Shown here in pieces: positions 4,950-7,581 of a stretch of 7,581 nt of DNA. Under the pieces are notes generated by a model. The model saw only the letters and a list, made by a program, of their open reading frames with translations, had not been told where the DNA came from and ran no database searches. Numbering within the stretch: the first letter of the stretch is position 1; every line of letters begins with the position of its first letter. The stretch spans positions 1 to 7,581 of the IMG/VR virus record IMGVR_UViG_2648501485_000016, one strand, 5' to 3'. Origin of the DNA: a virus (lineage: Duplodnaviria; Heunggongvirae; Uroviricota; Caudoviricetes). A program made the translations under genes and the position numbers.

Positions 4950-5625
4950 TGGTTGCCCCCTGAATACGCTCAAACTCGATTACCCACACCCAGGGATTAG
5001 CGTTCCAACTATCTTCGCCATAAATTGATTTCCATAGGCTACGGAAACCTGGGTAATGCTTATCGCCAATGAGGGTCGATTCTGTTGGTGCGCCCTCAGC
5101 CCTTGCATCGCATTCGCTGATATCGTTCAACCGCTCAACGCGCACGTTGGTAATTTCCAGAAGAATGCGCGATGCCCAGCGCGGCATGTGAATTGATGGA
5201 CACCACCCGCCATCAAATTTTTCATTCACAGTGTGAGGTTTCCAGTCGGCATCATCGGGTATCGACCACAAGCCATAATCCCCCGGTTTTTGCTCACAAC
5301 TGGCTCGATAAATCCTTGCTGCGTTCTTCTCATCGCCACGACAAAGGTTGTCGTTCCAGTCCACACTGCAACCATCCTCATTGCCTAATATCGCCCACGC
5401 TTCACGGACCCATATGCGATCACCAACGTTACCGAACGGGCATAAACTATGTTCAGGTGCATCCATAACGTGGGTATAGACACCATTGCGTTTCTTTGTC
5501 GGTTTACGGATAACCAGGCAGTTATCGGCCCTGACATTTTTTACAGGTCGGCGAGTCTGCGTCTTCCTGCCTTCGAGGATGGCCCTAACCATATCGTCAT
5601 TAAAAACAACACCACGTTCTTTCAT
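4942..5625 (-). CDS. ASCH-like (PUA-fold) domain protein with a C-terminal extension (227 aa)
   Basis: N-terminus MVRAILEGRKTQTRRP ... GDRIWVREAW fits the ASCH pattern (G-x-K-x-x-x-x-R, then GD-x-hydrophobic). RBS AAGGTGG 7 nt before ATG 5625, which overlaps the upstream TGA. Confidence 0.6.
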   Translation of the reverse strand: MKERGVVFNDDMVRAILEGRKTQTRRPVKNVRADNCLVIRKPTKKRNGVYTHVMDAPEHSLCPFGNVGDRIWVREAWAILGNEDGCSVDWNDNLCRGDEKNAARIYRASCEQKPGDYGLWSIPDDADWKPHTVNEKFDGGWCPSIHMPRWASRILLEITNVRVERLNDISECDARAEGAPTESTLIGDKHYPGFRSLWKSIYGEDSWNANPWVWVIEFERIQGATSE

Positions 5626-5813
5626 TTAGAAGCCACCTTGTTCAATTTCCGGCGACAAGACACGCAATCATCAGGACTCTCAAAAGTGTCTGGCTCACGG
5701 TAATCACCAAAATACATCCAACGGCCGCAAATGCTGGTTACTTCACCTTCATTAAAATAATGATGTTTATTCGCCTTCATTGGCCTGACCCATCCGGCAT
5801 TTTTCTTGCTCAC
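5622..5813 (-). CDS. Hypothetical small Cys-containing protein (about 63 aa from GTG 5813)
   Basis: GTG 5813-5811 overlaps the upstream TGA (GTGA) and is preceded by GGGAGGAG at a 5-nt spacing. The ORF-track ATG at 5876 has no usable RBS and would overlap the upstream gene by 67 nt. Contains C-x19-C-x2-C. Confidence 0.5.
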   Translation of the reverse strand: MSKKNAGWVRPMKANKHHYFNEGEVTSICGRWMYFGDYREPDTFESPDDCVSCRRKLNKVASK

Positions 5814-6175
5814 TTCAACTCCTCCCGACGACGTTCCTGAAGCTCTAGCATTGCGGCTCGGAAATCCTGCCACCATTCCTCATCTGCAACGGGGGTGTTC
5901 CGCTCCAGCACCTTGTCCGCATCGGCGATCAGGTTTGACAGACTCTTGTCTGAAATCTTCGTTACCGGAGTCGTTGGTTGCTCAACCTGCCCGATAGGTT
6001 TTATCGTGCTCAAAAGGAGGCGACGGCGGGAAAGTGGTGCCCCACAACGACGGCCATCTTCCTTGCGATATGTTTCTTTCGGACCAACACACCAGGTTGT
6101 CGGCGTTTCGCGTAACTTCACTCTTTTCTCACCATCATTGGTAATGATTATTCCGGTATGGGTTTTGATGCTCAT
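5810..6175 (-). CDS. Hypothetical protein (121 aa)
   Basis: RBS GAGAGGGG 7 nt before ATG 6175, which overlaps the upstream TGA (ATGA). Basic N-terminal half, acidic C-terminal half. No recognisable motif. Confidence 0.55.
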   Translation of the reverse strand: MSIKTHTGIIITNDGEKRVKLRETPTTWCVGPKETYRKEDGRRCGAPLSRRRLLLSTIKPIGQVEQPTTPVTKISDKSLSNLIADADKVLERNTPVADEEWWQDFRAAMLELQERRREELK

Positions 6176-6453
6176 GCCACAGCCCCTCTCAACGGCTTTA
6201 CTTTGGCTAATAAGGTGTTAAACAACATGGAGTTAGGATTCATGCCAAATGGCAATTCCGGTTTAGCGGAGTAGTACAGGCAACCATTTATTTTCCTGGT
6301 TGTTATCTGTCCTTCGGCAACCATGCTTCTCAGTCTGCAACGCATAGAGTTCTGCGACACACCAATGTGTTCCGCGATTACGTCCACTTTTGAACATGGG
6401 TGATCGGTCAGGAAATTAATCACATCTTGGGGGTTAATAATTTTGCGTTTCAT
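6172..6453 (-). CDS. Small winged-helix DNA-binding protein (PapI/FaeA-like pattern), first gene of the small-gene operon (93 aa from ATG 6453; alternative ATG 6474)
   Basis: The segment INFLTDHPCSKVDVIAEHIGVSQNSMRCRLRSMVAEGQI fits a helix-turn-helix / winged-helix layout resembling small PapI/FaeA-type regulators. AAGGA lies about 10 nt before ATG 6453. ATG 6474 abuts the AT-rich motif with no Shine-Dalgarno sequence. Confidence 0.55.
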   Translation of the reverse strand: MKRKIINPQDVINFLTDHPCSKVDVIAEHIGVSQNSMRCRLRSMVAEGQITTRKINGCLYYSAKPELPFGMNPNSMLFNTLLAKVKPLRGAVA

Positions 6454-6473
6454 TGTCGAGGCGTCCTTATACA

Positions 6474-6500
6474 TTTATATAAATATATAATTCTATATAC
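6474..6500 (-). promoter_or_regulatory. AT-rich conserved intergenic motif, copy A (promoter-like), immediately upstream of the winged-helix gene
   Basis: Plus strand 6474-6484 is TTTATATAAAT and 6486-6491 is TATAAT. The minus strand reads GTATATAGAATTATATATTTATATAAATG. It sits between the hairpin at 6500-6519 and the first gene of the operon. Confidence 0.45.
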
Positions 6501-6519
6501 GGCGGGAGACATCCCGCCG
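6500..6519 (-). terminator. Perfect 8-bp GC-rich hairpin 11 nt after the stop of the upstream gene (terminator-like; no clean U tract)
   Basis: CGGCGGGA (6500-6507), loop GACA, TCCCGCCG (6512-6519). On the minus strand it is followed by UAUAUAGAAUU. Confidence 0.4.
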
Positions 6520-6530
6520 TAGGCTTACTG

Positions 6531-7581
6531 TCAGGCTTTCAATAGCGATTCTTTCAGATATCGGGCATCAGCCAGGGCGTTTGGAGTAATCTTGCGAACC
6601 CATGCATTACGGGTTGGACTCCACTTAAAGGCGCGTGATTTAAGCAGCGAACGAATGTTTGCCTCTGGTTTGCCAGGGAAATAAAACAGGATGCGGTTAT
6701 CCTCTGGATCTATCTCCATAGAAAAGCCGTCGTATTCTTCGCGCTGTGCTCCTGTTACAGACTTGACCGATTCAAGCTCCTTAATACGGCTCTGTAGTCG
6801 TTTGATTTCGGCATTATTGTTACTCAGTGAGTATGAAGGGAAGCCAATGTGCCCACAGAAATCTCCGGCGAGTAACCCTTTGGCTTCGCTTTCAGTAAAC
6901 TCAAGGTCAATTAATGCGGAAAGCTGCTGTAATTGGTCTTTTTTGTATTTGCGAATAGCCTTATTTGCGGCCTTCATTTTGATGTGTGACTTCATGCAGC
7001 CTTGCAGCTTACGAAGCAACTTAAATAGCGCATCAGGATCATCAGACGAAACTCCATTACGGCCGACACCTGCGGCTTTGCTTTCGTAGTACGATGCTCT
7101 GCTTTCACACTCAACAAACGATTTTCTGAATAACGCATCAGCTTTAGACAAACGGCGGCGATGGCCTTTCGCGCTATAATGGTCAACTAAAATCGGCTGG
7201 CCTAACGGGATCACATCCAACAGTTCATGCGCTCGCTTATGCGCCACCGCACCTTCTTTTCTGGCTTTTTCTGCACGAGCAATATATCGGGCAAGACGCG
7301 CGTTCTGGCGTTCCTGATAGGTATTTACGTAATCATCTCCGCGCTGCTGCTGTTCAAGCCATGCTTTGCGCAGCTTTTCTGTTACGTCTACCAACTCTGC
7401 AGGGATACAACCTGTTTGGGATTCATAAGAGTGACCATCCTCATAAAGACGTCCATCGTCTTCAACAACGAAAAAGGTTTCGTGCTCATCGCTTTTGACC
7501 ATACGGCCATTAACATGACGTAATCTATAGCCAGTATCAGTGCTCAACAGGCTGTTAGGGTTGTTGATCCAGTCAGAAATA
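6531..7581 (-). CDS. Hypothetical protein, 3' portion only (at least 350 aa; continues beyond the window edge); possible DUF3560-like region
   Basis: The reading frame stays open from the TGA at 6531 to the window end. The ORF-track start at 7547 is a TTG with no RBS, so the true start is upstream of the window. The motif LGQPILVDHYSAKGHRRR resembles what I recall of DUF3560; this is unverified. Confidence 0.65.
   Translation of the reverse strand, partial: ISDWINNPNSLLSTDTGYRLRHVNGRMVKSDEHETFFVVEDDGRLYEDGHSYESQTGCIPAELVDVTEKLRKAWLEQQQRGDDYVNTYQERQNARLARYIARAEKARKEGAVAHKRAHELLDVIPLGQPILVDHYSAKGHRRRLSKADALFRKSFVECESRASYYESKAAGVGRNGVSSDDPDALFKLLRKLQGCMKSHIKMKAANKAIRKYKKDQLQQLSALIDLEFTESEAKGLLAGDFCGHIGFPSYSLSNNNAEIKRLQSRIKELESVKSVTGAQREEYDGFSMEIDPEDNRILFYFPGKPEANIRSLLKSRAFKWSPTRNAWVRKITPNALADARYLKESLLKA

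Noticed and set aside
7545-7547. TTG at 7547 as the start of the large right-edge ORF
   Set aside because: No Shine-Dalgarno sequence upstream, and the frame stays open to the window edge; the gene is 5'-truncated by the window.
1-7581. CRISPR arrays, rRNA, integrase, transposase or a toxin-antitoxin pair
   Set aside because: No direct-repeat/spacer periodicity, no rRNA-like segments, and no ORF with integrase, transposase or recognisable toxin motifs in any frame.

Overview
This window looks like a tailed-phage or prophage segment with enterobacterial-type codon usage (roughly 50% GC in coding regions), in which every supported gene is on the minus strand. Read in the direction of transcription (high to low coordinates) it contains: the 3' part of a large gene of unknown function that runs off the right edge; a hairpin plus AT-rich promoter-like motif; a tightly packed operon of eight small genes (a winged-helix regulator, an ASCH-like protein, two strongly acidic proteins, several Cys-rich proteins) joined by overlapping start/stop codons; a roughly 330-nt untranslated leader ending in a strong intrinsic terminator a few nucleotides before the first lysis gene; a lysis cassette (two holin-like membrane proteins, a GH108-type endolysin, overlapped i-/o-spanins); a second copy of the AT-rich motif; an 81-bp imperfect palindrome; a complete tRNA with a CAU anticodon that resembles host tRNA-Ile2; and an MT-A70-like N6-adenine DNA methyltransferase followed by a third copy of the motif. 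I see no integrase, transposase, CRISPR array or rRNA. No single element here is demonstrably a new system; the most unusual points are the terminator-gated lysis module with no recognisable Q-type antiterminator, the acidic and Cys-rich gene cluster just upstream of it, and the palindrome and tRNA arrangement. All functional calls are from reading the translations and sequence by eye; no searches were run.
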